Assembly (NCBI GenBank): GCA_021799635.1
Contig: JAJZAB010000001.1
Span: forward strand, 158,505-222,504
DNA: 64,000 bases
Reading direction: 5' to 3'
Source: Candidatus Micrarchaeota archaeon
GTDB lineage: Archaea > Micrarchaeota > Micrarchaeia > Micrarchaeales > Micrarchaeaceae
The notes beneath the pieces were generated by a model. It made no database searches. It saw only the letters and a program-made list of their open reading frames with translations, and had not been told where the DNA came from. Position 1 is the first letter of the stretch. Each line of letters begins with the position of its first letter. A program made the translations under genes and the position numbers. This document shows positions 18,544 through 27,715 of this stretch, piece by piece.

Positions 18544-18690
18544 TTATTCAATCTAATGCGATTCGGCTGGACTGTACCGTAGATTAACAAATATTTATAA
18601 ATATTGCCTAACAAATACTAACTGCATTAACAAACGCATTTAGTTGCTGTTTTTCCCGTTTTGACTGCTGTAGAGCAGGAGGGATTCTAT

Positions 18691-19320
18691 ATGGAAAAAG
18701 ACATGTTTGAGAAGTTTGCCGCATTTATGGATGCCAATAGAGGCAAGAGGAAATTCATGCAGAGTGTAGACCTGGCTGTGAACTTTGCCAATGTGGACTT
18801 CTCCAAGCAGGACAACAGGCTTAATCTTGAAATAATGCTGCCGAATGGAAAGGGGCGGGAGAGTAAGATAATGATCTTCTCTGATGACAAAAACATCAAC
18901 TCAAAGGCGCTTCAGTACGGTGCCAAGATAGTCCCGGGCAGCGAAATACCATCAATAACAAACGATAAGGCACGAATTAACGAGCTTATACACTATGAGC
19001 TGGCTGCAGAGCCGAGGCTGATGCCCGCCATTGCGAAGTCGCTGGGGCAGTTCCTTGGACCGAGGAACAAAATGCCAAAGCCTCTTGTAGGCAATTTTGA
19101 TAGCATAATAGGCAGCATGGGTAAACTAGTTTATGTGAGAAATAAAGGGAAATATCTCCCTACGGTGCACTGTGTAGTTGGAAACGAGAAGATGAGCAAC
19201 GATAACATTGCTGCAAACATAGATGAAGTATTAAGCGCAATAGCAAAAAAGGTAGGCAAGCAGAATTTAAAGTCGGCTTACGTAAAGCTAACGATGAGCG
19301 AACCGTTCCGGCTAATTTAG
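18691..19320 (+). CDS. rpl1: ribosomal protein L1 (uL1)
   Basis: L1 family sequence (KRKFMQSVDLAVNF, GRESKIMIF, MPKPLVG). ATG 18691 preceded by GGAGGG; the listed 18661 TTG is probably too long. Confidence 0.9.
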   Translation: MEKDMFEKFAAFMDANRGKRKFMQSVDLAVNFANVDFSKQDNRLNLEIMLPNGKGRESKIMIFSDDKNINSKALQYGAKIVPGSEIPSITNDKARINELIHYELAAEPRLMPAIAKSLGQFLGPRNKMPKPLVGNFDSIIGSMGKLVYVRNKGKYLPTVHCVVGNEKMSNDNIAANIDEVLSAIAKKVGKQNLKSAYVKLTMSEPFRLI

Positions 19321-19328
19321 GTGTAGTT

Positions 19329-20171
19329 ATGCTTAAAAAATCGCAGAAGGTAAAATTCGTAAACGAGTCAATAAAGGAGCTTGGCAGGTATAAAGTCGTT
19401 GGAATACTTAATTTGGGATCGATACCGGATCGCTTGCTCCAATCCTCAAAAAACGACATGAGGGGAAGGGTAAAATTCATACTCGGCAGGAAGAGCCTGC
19501 TGAAGAGGATACTTGAAGGTAGTGAACCTACAAAACCTCTTGCTGGAATGATCTATGGCACTGGAGCGATAATCATGAGCAACGATGACCCGTTTGATAT
19601 TTACAAAAACTTCAAGGCTAAGGAGCTTAGGCTTGCGGCAAAACCACACCAGACTGCGCCAGAAGATATAATTATAAAAAGCGGCGAGACCAGCCTGCAG
19701 CCAGGGCAGGCGGTTACTGAGCTCAAACAGGCAGGAGTCGACGTGCAGATACAGAAGGGCAAGGTCGTAATATCAAAGGATAAAGTAATAGTGAAAAAGG
19801 GAGAATCGATAAGCTCTGTGGCTGCAAAAATACTTCATACTCTGGGAACCGTGCCTTTTAAAGCAGTAATGCTACCGGCTGCAATGGTTGAAAATGGAAT
19901 ATTATTCGGTCCTGATACCCTGAGTATAGATCAGAGCACGACCGTAAGCAATATATCTCTGGCCTTTGGCGGCGCATACGAGCTGTGCCTTTCGGCAGGA
20001 ATAGTGAACCAGTATACTGTAAGAGCCCTGATAGAGAAGGCTTTTAGGCAGGCCATAGGCCTTGGTGTAGAAGCCAAAGTATATGAGCCTGGAGTCATAG
20101 AGATGCTGTTCGGCAGCGCGGCTGTGCAAGCGCGTGCAGTAGGCAGCTTGGTTGGGGACAAAAAAGATTAG
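19329..20171 (+). CDS. rplP0: ribosomal stalk protein P0 (uL10), short form lacking the acidic C-terminal tail
   Basis: Position between L1 and P1. N-terminal uL10 domain (YKVVGILNLGSIPDRLLQ, GRVKFILGRKSLL). 280 aa, ending ...VGSLVGDKKD. Confidence 0.85.
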   Translation: MLKKSQKVKFVNESIKELGRYKVVGILNLGSIPDRLLQSSKNDMRGRVKFILGRKSLLKRILEGSEPTKPLAGMIYGTGAIIMSNDDPFDIYKNFKAKELRLAAKPHQTAPEDIIIKSGETSLQPGQAVTELKQAGVDVQIQKGKVVISKDKVIVKKGESISSVAAKILHTLGTVPFKAVMLPAAMVENGILFGPDTLSIDQSTTVSNISLAFGGAYELCLSAGIVNQYTVRALIEKAFRQAIGLGVEAKVYEPGVIEMLFGSAAVQARAVGSLVGDKKD

Positions 20172-20192
20172 ATTTATGCTAAAGGTGAAAAT

Positions 20193-20504
20193 ATGGAATA
20201 TGTATATGCGGCATTACTCCTTGATTCAGCCGGAAAGGAAATAAATGAAAGCAGCCTTATGGAAATAGTCAAAGCAGCCGGGATAACGCCCGACGAAGCT
20301 AGGGCTAAAGCCATGGTTGCATCTCTAAAAGGAGTAAACATAAAGGAAATAATAAAGAACGCCCAGGCAGCTCCTTCAGCTCAGGCCCCTGCACGTGCGC
20401 AAGAATCAGAAGCTGCGCAACAGCAGGCACACAAGAAGCCAGAGGAAGAAAAGAAGAGCGAGGAAGAAGCGGCGAGCGGTCTGGCAAGCCTATTCGGCGG
20501 TTGA
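20193..20504 (+). CDS. rpl12: ribosomal stalk protein P1 (aP1/L12)
   Basis: [10 protein letters not shown] start, Ala/Glu-rich hinge, conserved tail [14 protein letters not shown]. Confidence 0.9.
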   Translation: MEYVYAALLLDSAGKEINESSLMEIVKAAGITPDEARAKAMVASLKGVNIKEIIKNAQAAPSAQAPARAQESEAAQQQAHKKPEEEKKSEEEAASGLASLFGG

Positions 20505-20653
20505 TTGGTTTATGAATTTGCATTGCGCGCGTATGTGTGTTTAGCGCGAGCTGAATGATGCACTATTGTTGTAGATAATGTAATGGATGATACAGCAAAA
20601 AATTTATAGGTTGATAATTCAATCAGATTAGCAGCTATCTATAGAGTGATTAT

Positions 20654-21010
20654 ATGCAGGTTTATGTTGAAAAACATAAGTGCACCGGATGTGCGCATTG
20701 CCACGATGTGTGCCCTGTGGCGGTATTCGAGATGAAGGACAGGCTGGCCTCGGATGTAAACAGCGACGTTGCCCCTGAGGCGGACCAATGGAAAGGCGTA
20801 ACCGATCAGGCAGTACTTGACAAGTGGAAGGATGTGAAGGACGGCCACAACCATTTTCAGGAGAAATTCGAAAACGGAAGCGGAGGGATATCGGTTGCCG
20901 TAAATGGGCCTTCGTGCATACTTTGCCAGGCGTGCCTTATAGAGTGCGAAGGGGAGTGTATAGTCATAACAGATGATGCCGGAACCGTGTATCATTCTAT
21001 ATACAAATGA
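20654..21010 (+). CDS. 2x[4Fe-4S] ferredoxin-domain protein with a long insert between the cluster motifs
   Basis: CTGCAHCHDVCP and CILCQACLIECEGEC motifs separated by about 65 aa. Confidence 0.65.
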   Translation: MQVYVEKHKCTGCAHCHDVCPVAVFEMKDRLASDVNSDVAPEADQWKGVTDQAVLDKWKDVKDGHNHFQEKFENGSGGISVAVNGPSCILCQACLIECEGECIVITDDAGTVYHSIYK

Positions 21011-21132
21011 TTTTCATACCGCTTGGTTGCACACCCATGCCTAACAAATTAAGGCGTACATTTTGATTGAGCGGATTCAGTTACAGACAGTTAGTATACT
21101 ACTTGCGGCTATTCTCCTTCCCTGGTGCTTTT

Positions 21133-23820
21133 ATGATAGAATACGCAGATAAACCTTTTTCTGACAACGATAGCCTTCGTGTTCTAAATCCTTACGTAAG
21201 GGGATGGTTTGAAAAGAACTTCAATGAACTCACTCCCCCTCAAAAGTACGCCTTTAAGTTAATAAGCGAGGAAAAGAACATACTTATAACAGCCCCAACC
21301 GGCAGCGGCAAAACGCTTTCCGCCTTCTTATCTATAATAAGCAGGCTTTTTGACAATTCGATAAACGGGGAGTTGGGCGATGGGATATACTGCATATATG
21401 TGTCTCCGCTGAAGGCGCTGAACAACGACATAAGGAAGAACTTGGAACTACCTCTGAACGCGATATATGACAGCATTGTGAAGGAAAAAGGGACAAAGAT
21501 ACTAAAAGAAAATATAAGGAAGGTTACGCTAGGAGTTAGGACTGGAGACACTACCCAGAAAGAAAGACACCAGATGTTGCTGAAACCACCAAACATACTT
21601 GTAACTACCCCAGAAAGCCTAGCCATCCTTCTAAATTCGCAGAAATTCGTCGAACACCTTAGGAGAGTGAAATACGTTATAATAGACGAGCTGCACGAAC
21701 TTGCAAACAACAAGCGCGGGGTTCATCTCTCATTGTCAATTGAAAGGCTGAGGCACGTTGCAGGAGGTGATTTGACAATGGTTGGCCTAGGCGCAACACT
21801 GCATCCGCTTGATGAGGCTGCCAAGTTCCTTGTCGGGTATAAGGGAGACAAACCGAGAGACTGTATTGTGATAGATGCGTCGTGGAGCAAGAAATTCGAT
21901 GTGGTAGCAATAAGCCCGGTGAATGACCTAATAAATACTAGCAGCAAAAAGACGGAAGATATGATGTATAACGAGCTGGACAAGATAATAAAGAAAAGCA
22001 AAGCCACCCTTATATTCACCAACACAAGAAGCGGGACGGAGAGGGTTGTGTTCAACCTGAAGAATCGTTTCGGCTACGGCGAGGACATCGCGGCACACCA
22101 CGGTTCCCTTTCTAGGGAATCGAGGCTAGAGGTTGAAGAGCTCTTGAAAAAGGGATCGCTGAAGTGTGCAGTATCATCTACCAGCCTTGAGCTTGGGGTT
22201 GACATCGGCTCCATAGAAAATGTAGTACAACTGGGGTCCCCGAAGAGCGTTACAAGGGCGGTGCAGCGTTTTGGAAGAGCTGGGCACAGTTTCAGGTCAG
22301 TTGCCAGAGGTGAAATGATAGTTCTGAACAGGGATGACCTGGTGGAGTGTGCGATAATGCTTGATGCTGCGCTTAAAAGGCACCTTGATTCCTTCATGGT
22401 GCCGCAGAATGCCTTGGATGTACTATCGCAGCACATAGTTGGCATGTCGCTTGAAGAAAAATGGGATGTTGATAAGGCTTTCGATTTGGTGAGGGGTGCC
22501 TACCCCTACCATGCCCTTCAGAAGGAAGATTTTATTTACCTTATAAACTACCTTGCCGGCAGCTACGTGGGTCTTGAGAGCAGGCACGTTTACGGCAAGA
22601 TATGGTATGATGAAAAAGAGAATACGTTTGGGAAGAGGGGCAGATACACCAAGGTAATTTACATGCTTAACCTCGGCACCATACCTGACGAGGTTGCCGT
22701 TAACGTTTTTACAACAGGGAATAGATGGATAGGCAACATAGAAGAAGAGTTTCTGACCAGGCTAAAGCCCGGAGACGTGTTTACGCTCGGAGGAAGACTC
22801 TATAGATTTGAGTACGCAAGGGGGATGAAGTGTTATGTCGCTGATGCTACGGCATCTTCCCCAACAATACCTCCTTGGTTTTCAGAGCAGCTCCCGTTGA
22901 GCTACGAGCTTGCCATAGAGATAGGTAGATTTAGGAAGCTCATGGCAGAGGAGGTTGGAAAATGCATACGGCGCTCTGGATCAAAATTGATTTTGAAGAA
23001 AAGAGCCTTACCAAAAAAAATAAAAGATATACTTGATGCTCTTCCTATAGACAGAAAGGCTAGGGCGGCAATTTTTGGATATTTTGCGGAACAGCTTCTC
23101 TTTGCTGGAGCGGCGCCAAATAATGAACTAGTGCTTGTTGAATGCACCCGCGATATAGCGTCTGAAAAAAACTGCATAGTGTTTCACTCGCTTTTCGGGA
23201 GAAGAGTCAATGATGCATTGTCTAGGGTGTTCGCGATGCTGCTGGGAGAGCAGCTTGATATGGATATTGGCATAATGGTTAATGATAACGGCTTCGTACT
23301 CTCTATCGAAGATGGGGTGGTTGTAAGCAGGGAAACCATCAGCAACCTTTTTGATGACGTAAAAAGCGGTAGCATGACTACAATGCTTAAAAGAAATATA
23401 CGCAAGACGGAGCTGATGAAAAGGCGTTTTAGGCACGTTGCTGCTAGGAGCTTCATGATATTGCGCAACTATAAGGGCTACAAAATAACAGTAGGCAGGC
23501 AGCAGGTGAACTCGCAACTCATCCTGAACGCTGCTGAAGAAATAGATCCAAACTTCCCGATAATAAAGGAGGCTTACAGGGAAATATTTAACGATGTTAT
23601 GGATCTTCCGAGGGCAGAAAACATAGTCTCTATGATAAAAAAAGGGGAGATGAAATATAAAGTAATAGAAACCCCATTCCCATCGCCATTTGCACACTCA
23701 ATGATTACTTTTGGCCATGCAGATGTTGTTCTGATGAAAGAAAGGCAGAAGTACCTCCAGTCCCTCCACAAGCTGGTGCTCGAGAGGATAAGGAATGGCG
23801 GTTTGAATGAAACTGAATGA
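21133..23820 (+). CDS. lhr: Lhr-family ATP-dependent DNA helicase (SF2, DEAH)
   Basis: Walker A APTGSGKT, DELHEL box, TNTRSGTE, motif VI QRFGRAGH, followed by a long Lhr-type C-terminal region. ATG 21133 preferred over listed 21067. Confidence 0.85.
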   Translation: MIEYADKPFSDNDSLRVLNPYVRGWFEKNFNELTPPQKYAFKLISEEKNILITAPTGSGKTLSAFLSIISRLFDNSINGELGDGIYCIYVSPLKALNNDIRKNLELPLNAIYDSIVKEKGTKILKENIRKVTLGVRTGDTTQKERHQMLLKPPNILVTTPESLAILLNSQKFVEHLRRVKYVIIDELHELANNKRGVHLSLSIERLRHVAGGDLTMVGLGATLHPLDEAAKFLVGYKGDKPRDCIVIDASWSKKFDVVAISPVNDLINTSSKKTEDMMYNELDKIIKKSKATLIFTNTRSGTERVVFNLKNRFGYGEDIAAHHGSLSRESRLEVEELLKKGSLKCAVSSTSLELGVDIGSIENVVQLGSPKSVTRAVQRFGRAGHSFRSVARGEMIVLNRDDLVECAIMLDAALKRHLDSFMVPQNALDVLSQHIVGMSLEEKWDVDKAFDLVRGAYPYHALQKEDFIYLINYLAGSYVGLESRHVYGKIWYDEKENTFGKRGRYTKVIYMLNLGTIPDEVAVNVFTTGNRWIGNIEEEFLTRLKPGDVFTLGGRLYRFEYARGMKCYVADATASSPTIPPWFSEQLPLSYELAIEIGRFRKLMAEEVGKCIRRSGSKLILKKRALPKKIKDILDALPIDRKARAAIFGYFAEQLLFAGAAPNNELVLVECTRDIASEKNCIVFHSLFGRRVNDALSRVFAMLLGEQLDMDIGIMVNDNGFVLSIEDGVVVSRETISNLFDDVKSGSMTTMLKRNIRKTELMKRRFRHVAARSFMILRNYKGYKITVGRQQVNSQLILNAAEEIDPNFPIIKEAYREIFNDVMDLPRAENIVSMIKKGEMKYKVIETPFPSPFAHSMITFGHADVVLMKERQKYLQSLHKLVLERIRNGGLNETE

Positions 23821-24550
23821 TGATATCGAATTGATAGACGGGCTCCCGGTTATTTTCATAAGAAGCCTGAATGCCATAGCTGTCGCTGACCTTCACCTTG
23901 GATATGAGGGTGTGATGGCAAAACGGGGTATGTTCCTGCCCAAGGTCAATCTTAGAAAGATAGTAGATGTGTTGGCCAAATCTTTGAACAAAACCCAGGC
24001 TAAGACGATAATTGTCGATGGCGACATAAAGAACGAGTTTTCTAGAGTTGATGAGGAGGAGTTTAACGAGCTCCTTGATTTCATAAAATTCACCAAAGAT
24101 TCTGGGGTAGGCCTAATCTTGATAAAAGGGAATCACGATAACTTCGTAGACCGGTACAGGGATCCTTTCAGTTTGAAGATATACGGCAATGAGGCAAAAA
24201 TGGGCAGATATATTTTCTTCCACGGCGATGAGCTGCCTGGCGTAGTTCCGGAAGATGTTGACATGCTAGTGATGGGCCATGAACACCCTGCAATAGGTAT
24301 ATTTAACAGGGCAGGCAAGAAGGAAAAGCTTCGTTGCTTCTTGTATGGTGAGTATGAAGGGAAGAAATTGCTCGTACTGCCGGCGATGAATTATTTTGCA
24401 TCGGGCTCTGATATAAACATAATCGAAAAAAAGGACCTGCTCTCTCCAATTTTTAAGTATGTGAATGTGGATGAAATGCAAGCAATACCCGTAGGCTACG
24501 GCTCTACTATAAATTTTGGTAAGATACGCGCGCTAAGGGTTGCGCTGTGA
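23807..24550 (+). CDS. calcineurin-like metallophosphoesterase (SbcD/Mre11-related, MJ0037-type), translationally coupled to lhr
   Basis: Motifs VADLHLG, VDGDIKN, KGNHD, FHGD, GHEH. 14-nt overlap with the lhr 3' end. Confidence 0.7.
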   Translation: MKLNDDIELIDGLPVIFIRSLNAIAVADLHLGYEGVMAKRGMFLPKVNLRKIVDVLAKSLNKTQAKTIIVDGDIKNEFSRVDEEEFNELLDFIKFTKDSGVGLILIKGNHDNFVDRYRDPFSLKIYGNEAKMGRYIFFHGDELPGVVPEDVDMLVMGHEHPAIGIFNRAGKKEKLRCFLYGEYEGKKLLVLPAMNYFASGSDINIIEKKDLLSPIFKYVNVDEMQAIPVGYGSTINFGKIRALRVAL

Positions 24551-24567
24551 CGCATACGCTCGAGTTG

Positions 24568-26085
24568 CTAGTGCAGTATTGCTATGTAGAGCCATGGAAT
24601 CGCGTTTAGTACCAGGCTGATTATTACTATGCCCTCGATAAACCTGCCAAGCCATGGGCTTTTGAGGTTGGTCTGATAAAGCCGCCAGCCATCAAAGCCA
24701 GGTATAGGCAGCAGGTTGACTATGGCAACCAAAAAGTTGAGTATGAAGGACAGGCCGAAAAGGCTGTAAAGGAAATACATTATTTTAGCATATCCTGTTT
24801 TTACAAGGCTTGTTTTCTGGATTATCGAAATTCCTATAAGGCCCTTTTGTGATCCGTTCACAGCTACCGCCTTTATATTATAGCTCCCCGAGTTGGTCAC
24901 CACGCTTACTATGGAACCTGGGACGTCGTTGGCGCTGGCGGCTTCTATATCCGTTATATTTTCAATTTTGTGACCATCCCAGTAAAGTATTTGCATTCCT
25001 TTATGGAGGGTGCCGTTGGCCGGGAGGTTGGGCTGCACTGATTCTATGAACACGCCATTGTTTACATATATGGTAGGTACAACAAAAACAAACATCGTGA
25101 ACATGAGTGCAAAGAATATTATAGATGCAATAAAATTGGCAGATATGCCGGCAGCAGATATCTGGTTTTGCTCCTGTTTGCTGAGCTTTTCTACCATCTT
25201 TTCATTTGGCTCCACGTAAGCACCTATGGGTATAACTCCGAAAAGAAGTACTCCTATCGATTTTATCTTCACTTTGGCCGCTCTGGCAAGCACTCCGTGT
25301 GAAAGTTCATGTATTGTTAGTATTATTGCAAGCGATATCACCCCGGCAACAAGGGGTATGTCTATTCCTGGTATGACTGGGGCCACTCCCGGGACCTGGT
25401 TCAGGAGGAGGGATACGTTTGGATGGCCGGAGTAGCTAGTCAGCGCAAAGTTTATTGTATTGGAGAAAACCAGCGCGGCGTTGTAAAACAGCGATACCAG
25501 TATAAAGCCTGAAAACCCTGAAATGAACGTAAGTATGTATATAAAGTATCCGGAAGTGGTAAGGTTGCCAAAACCAACGCTGCATGAGGTTGATGCTACG
25601 CTTACAGCGCTTTGTATTTCCGGTATGTTTATGAATTGGAAAGATAGGCCTATGCACGGCAGTACTAAATACAGCAGCAGTACTATTGTAACCATCCCGA
25701 AAAGGAAAATCCTTTTGTCAATTTTTCCCTTAAGTAGTGGATATGACAGTAGCCCGAACCCGAGGACTATGCCCCAGATCGGCATTGACTTCCAAAACGA
25801 TAAGTTCTTTTGCGCCATTTTGTCTATGGTAGATATTCCCTTCTTGCTTCCCGCCATATATAAGCCGTATCCTCCCTTGAGCGATTTTACCCTCTGCACC
25901 ACTATTCCTGATACGATGAGGGTGCCTATCGCGAGAGATACTTGATTAACTATGCCCAAGAAAGAGGCGTAGTAGCAAAACGCTATCATTAAAAACCCTA
26001 TTATGAAGGTGAGCAGGACTATGATGTTATTCCTGAGCTCTTCCGATAGCCTTGACCTTGAGCTCGGTAGCTTTATCTCAAACAT
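24568..26085 (-). CDS. M50 site-2 protease family membrane metalloprotease with PDZ-like insert
   Basis: HELSHG zinc motif, NLLPIPGFDGW second motif, multiple TM segments. Confidence 0.75.
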   Translation of the reverse strand: MFEIKLPSSRSRLSEELRNNIIVLLTFIIGFLMIAFCYYASFLGIVNQVSLAIGTLIVSGIVVQRVKSLKGGYGLYMAGSKKGISTIDKMAQKNLSFWKSMPIWGIVLGFGLLSYPLLKGKIDKRIFLFGMVTIVLLLYLVLPCIGLSFQFINIPEIQSAVSVASTSCSVGFGNLTTSGYFIYILTFISGFSGFILVSLFYNAALVFSNTINFALTSYSGHPNVSLLLNQVPGVAPVIPGIDIPLVAGVISLAIILTIHELSHGVLARAAKVKIKSIGVLLFGVIPIGAYVEPNEKMVEKLSKQEQNQISAAGISANFIASIIFFALMFTMFVFVVPTIYVNNGVFIESVQPNLPANGTLHKGMQILYWDGHKIENITDIEAASANDVPGSIVSVVTNSGSYNIKAVAVNGSQKGLIGISIIQKTSLVKTGYAKIMYFLYSLFGLSFILNFLVAIVNLLPIPGFDGWRLYQTNLKSPWLGRFIEGIVIISLVLNAIPWLYIAILH

Positions 26086-26172
26086 AAATATCCGTATTAT
26101 TGTTTCACAGAAGCTATAAAGAGGTTTAGTATTGCGGTGCGGTTGAATTATGTAAAAGGATTTTTATAACAA

Positions 26173-26652
26173 ATGCGACTAATATATGGTGGTTCTTTGG
26201 AAGAATGTGAATTGTGTGGCAGAGTAGCTAAGGATATATATCTTGTATCAATAGAGGGGGCGCAGCTACGTGTGTGCAAATCATGTTCTGGGGGCAAGGG
26301 AGAGATCTATATCGAACCGGGGCAAAAACGTGCCAAATCTCACGGTTTTGCTTCAAGGAGGAGCCCGATAGATGAAGGTAGCGAGCTGGTTGAAGGCTAT
26401 GGCAAAATAATTCATGATGCAAGAGACAGAATGCAGATTCCGCTTAAGGTTCTAGCAGAGATGATAAATGAGAAGGAGGCGCATCTTTTGAGGATAGAGG
26501 AAGAAAAGACCGAGCCCTCTATAGAGCTGACAAAAAAGATAGAGAAAGCTTTAAGCATAAAGATTACACAGGAGAGGAAGGATAGCAATGATAGCCACGG
26601 TGGAAAGAAGCCTGAAAACCTAACTCTTGGAGATTTTGTCAAACACGAATAG
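26173..26652 (+). CDS. mbf1: archaeal MBF1-like protein (zinc ribbon + HTH)
   Basis: CELCG...CKSC zinc ribbon followed by an XRE-type HTH (IPLKVLAEMINEKEAHLLRIEE). Confidence 0.7.
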   Translation: MRLIYGGSLEECELCGRVAKDIYLVSIEGAQLRVCKSCSGGKGEIYIEPGQKRAKSHGFASRRSPIDEGSELVEGYGKIIHDARDRMQIPLKVLAEMINEKEAHLLRIEEEKTEPSIELTKKIEKALSIKITQERKDSNDSHGGKKPENLTLGDFVKHE

Positions 26653-26654
26653 GT

Positions 26655-27704
26655 GTGTATCTGTCAGTAGAGCTTAGCAAACTTGTGGTAAAAAACAGGA
26701 TATCTTTGGAAGAGCTAAGCGGTAGGACTTTGGCTATAGACGCATATAATGTGCTGTACCAGTTTCTATCAATAATAAGGCAGCCGGATGGCACTCCGTT
26801 GATGAACAATAGTGGTAATGTAACAAGCCACATCTCTGGTCTTTTTTATCGCACAATAGAGCTAGTCGGGAGCGGGATTATGCCGATTTATGTATTCGAT
26901 GGCATACCATCGGTGCTGAAGCAAAAGACTATCGAATATAGGATGCGGAGGAGGGAGGCTGCGCTTGATGCGTGGAAGGCTGCAAAGGAAGCCGGGGATG
27001 TTGAGGAGGCAAGAAAACACGCCCAGGCGAGCACCAGAATCAACAAGTATATTGTAGAGAGTTCAAAAGAGCTGCTTAAAAGGATGGGAATACCTTACAT
27101 AAACGCGCCTAGTGAAGGTGAGGCAGAGGCGTGTTACATGTGCAAGAAGGGTATGGTATACGCTGCGGTAAGCCAAGATTACGATACACTTCTTTTAGGG
27201 TCTCCGATAATAATAAGGAATCTTACCATAAGCGGCAGGAGAAAGCTACCTAAGAAGGATATCTACGTTGAGGTTGTGCCTGAGATTCTACTACTCGATG
27301 ACACTCTTAAATCGCTAGGCATAAGCCAGCGGCAGCTGATATGGGTTGGTATCCTTCTGGGGACTGACTTTAATGATGGGATAACCGGAGTAGGGCCCAA
27401 AACAGCGGTAAAAATAGCAAAGGCTTCTAATTCCATAGAGGATGTCAAAAAATACGTAAAGGCCAAGTATAACGCTGAGTTTGAGCTTGATATACGAGAG
27501 GTTGAAGAATTATTCTTGAACCCTGAGGTATGCGATCCTGACAGTAAAGCTCTCGGCGGTATGCTGACGCCCAGCAGGGAGGCGCTTTTGAAATTTATGT
27601 GCGATGAAAACGGGTTTTCTGAGGAAAGAGTATTAAAATCTATAGAAAAACTAGTTAATAGAAGCACACTAACAAAGCAGCATAGGATTGACAGTTGGAT
27701 GTAG
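26655..27704 (+). CDS. fen: flap endonuclease 1
   Basis: XPG-N/I motifs (LAIDAYNVLYQFLS, YVFDG, PSEGEAEACYM, SQDYDTLL, GTDFN) and a C-terminal PIP-like QHRIDSWM. GTG start 2 nt after the mbf1 stop. Confidence 0.9.
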   Translation: MYLSVELSKLVVKNRISLEELSGRTLAIDAYNVLYQFLSIIRQPDGTPLMNNSGNVTSHISGLFYRTIELVGSGIMPIYVFDGIPSVLKQKTIEYRMRRREAALDAWKAAKEAGDVEEARKHAQASTRINKYIVESSKELLKRMGIPYINAPSEGEAEACYMCKKGMVYAAVSQDYDTLLLGSPIIIRNLTISGRRKLPKKDIYVEVVPEILLLDDTLKSLGISQRQLIWVGILLGTDFNDGITGVGPKTAVKIAKASNSIEDVKKYVKAKYNAEFELDIREVEELFLNPEVCDPDSKALGGMLTPSREALLKFMCDENGFSEERVLKSIEKLVNRSTLTKQHRIDSWM

Positions 27705-27715
27705 ATACGCGTACT

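Noticed and set aside
20550-20640. C/D-box-like fragments (CTGA, AATGATGC, GGATGAT) downstream of the P1 gene
   Set aside because: The boxes are degenerate and no correctly spaced D box (CUGA) follows the second guide on either strand.
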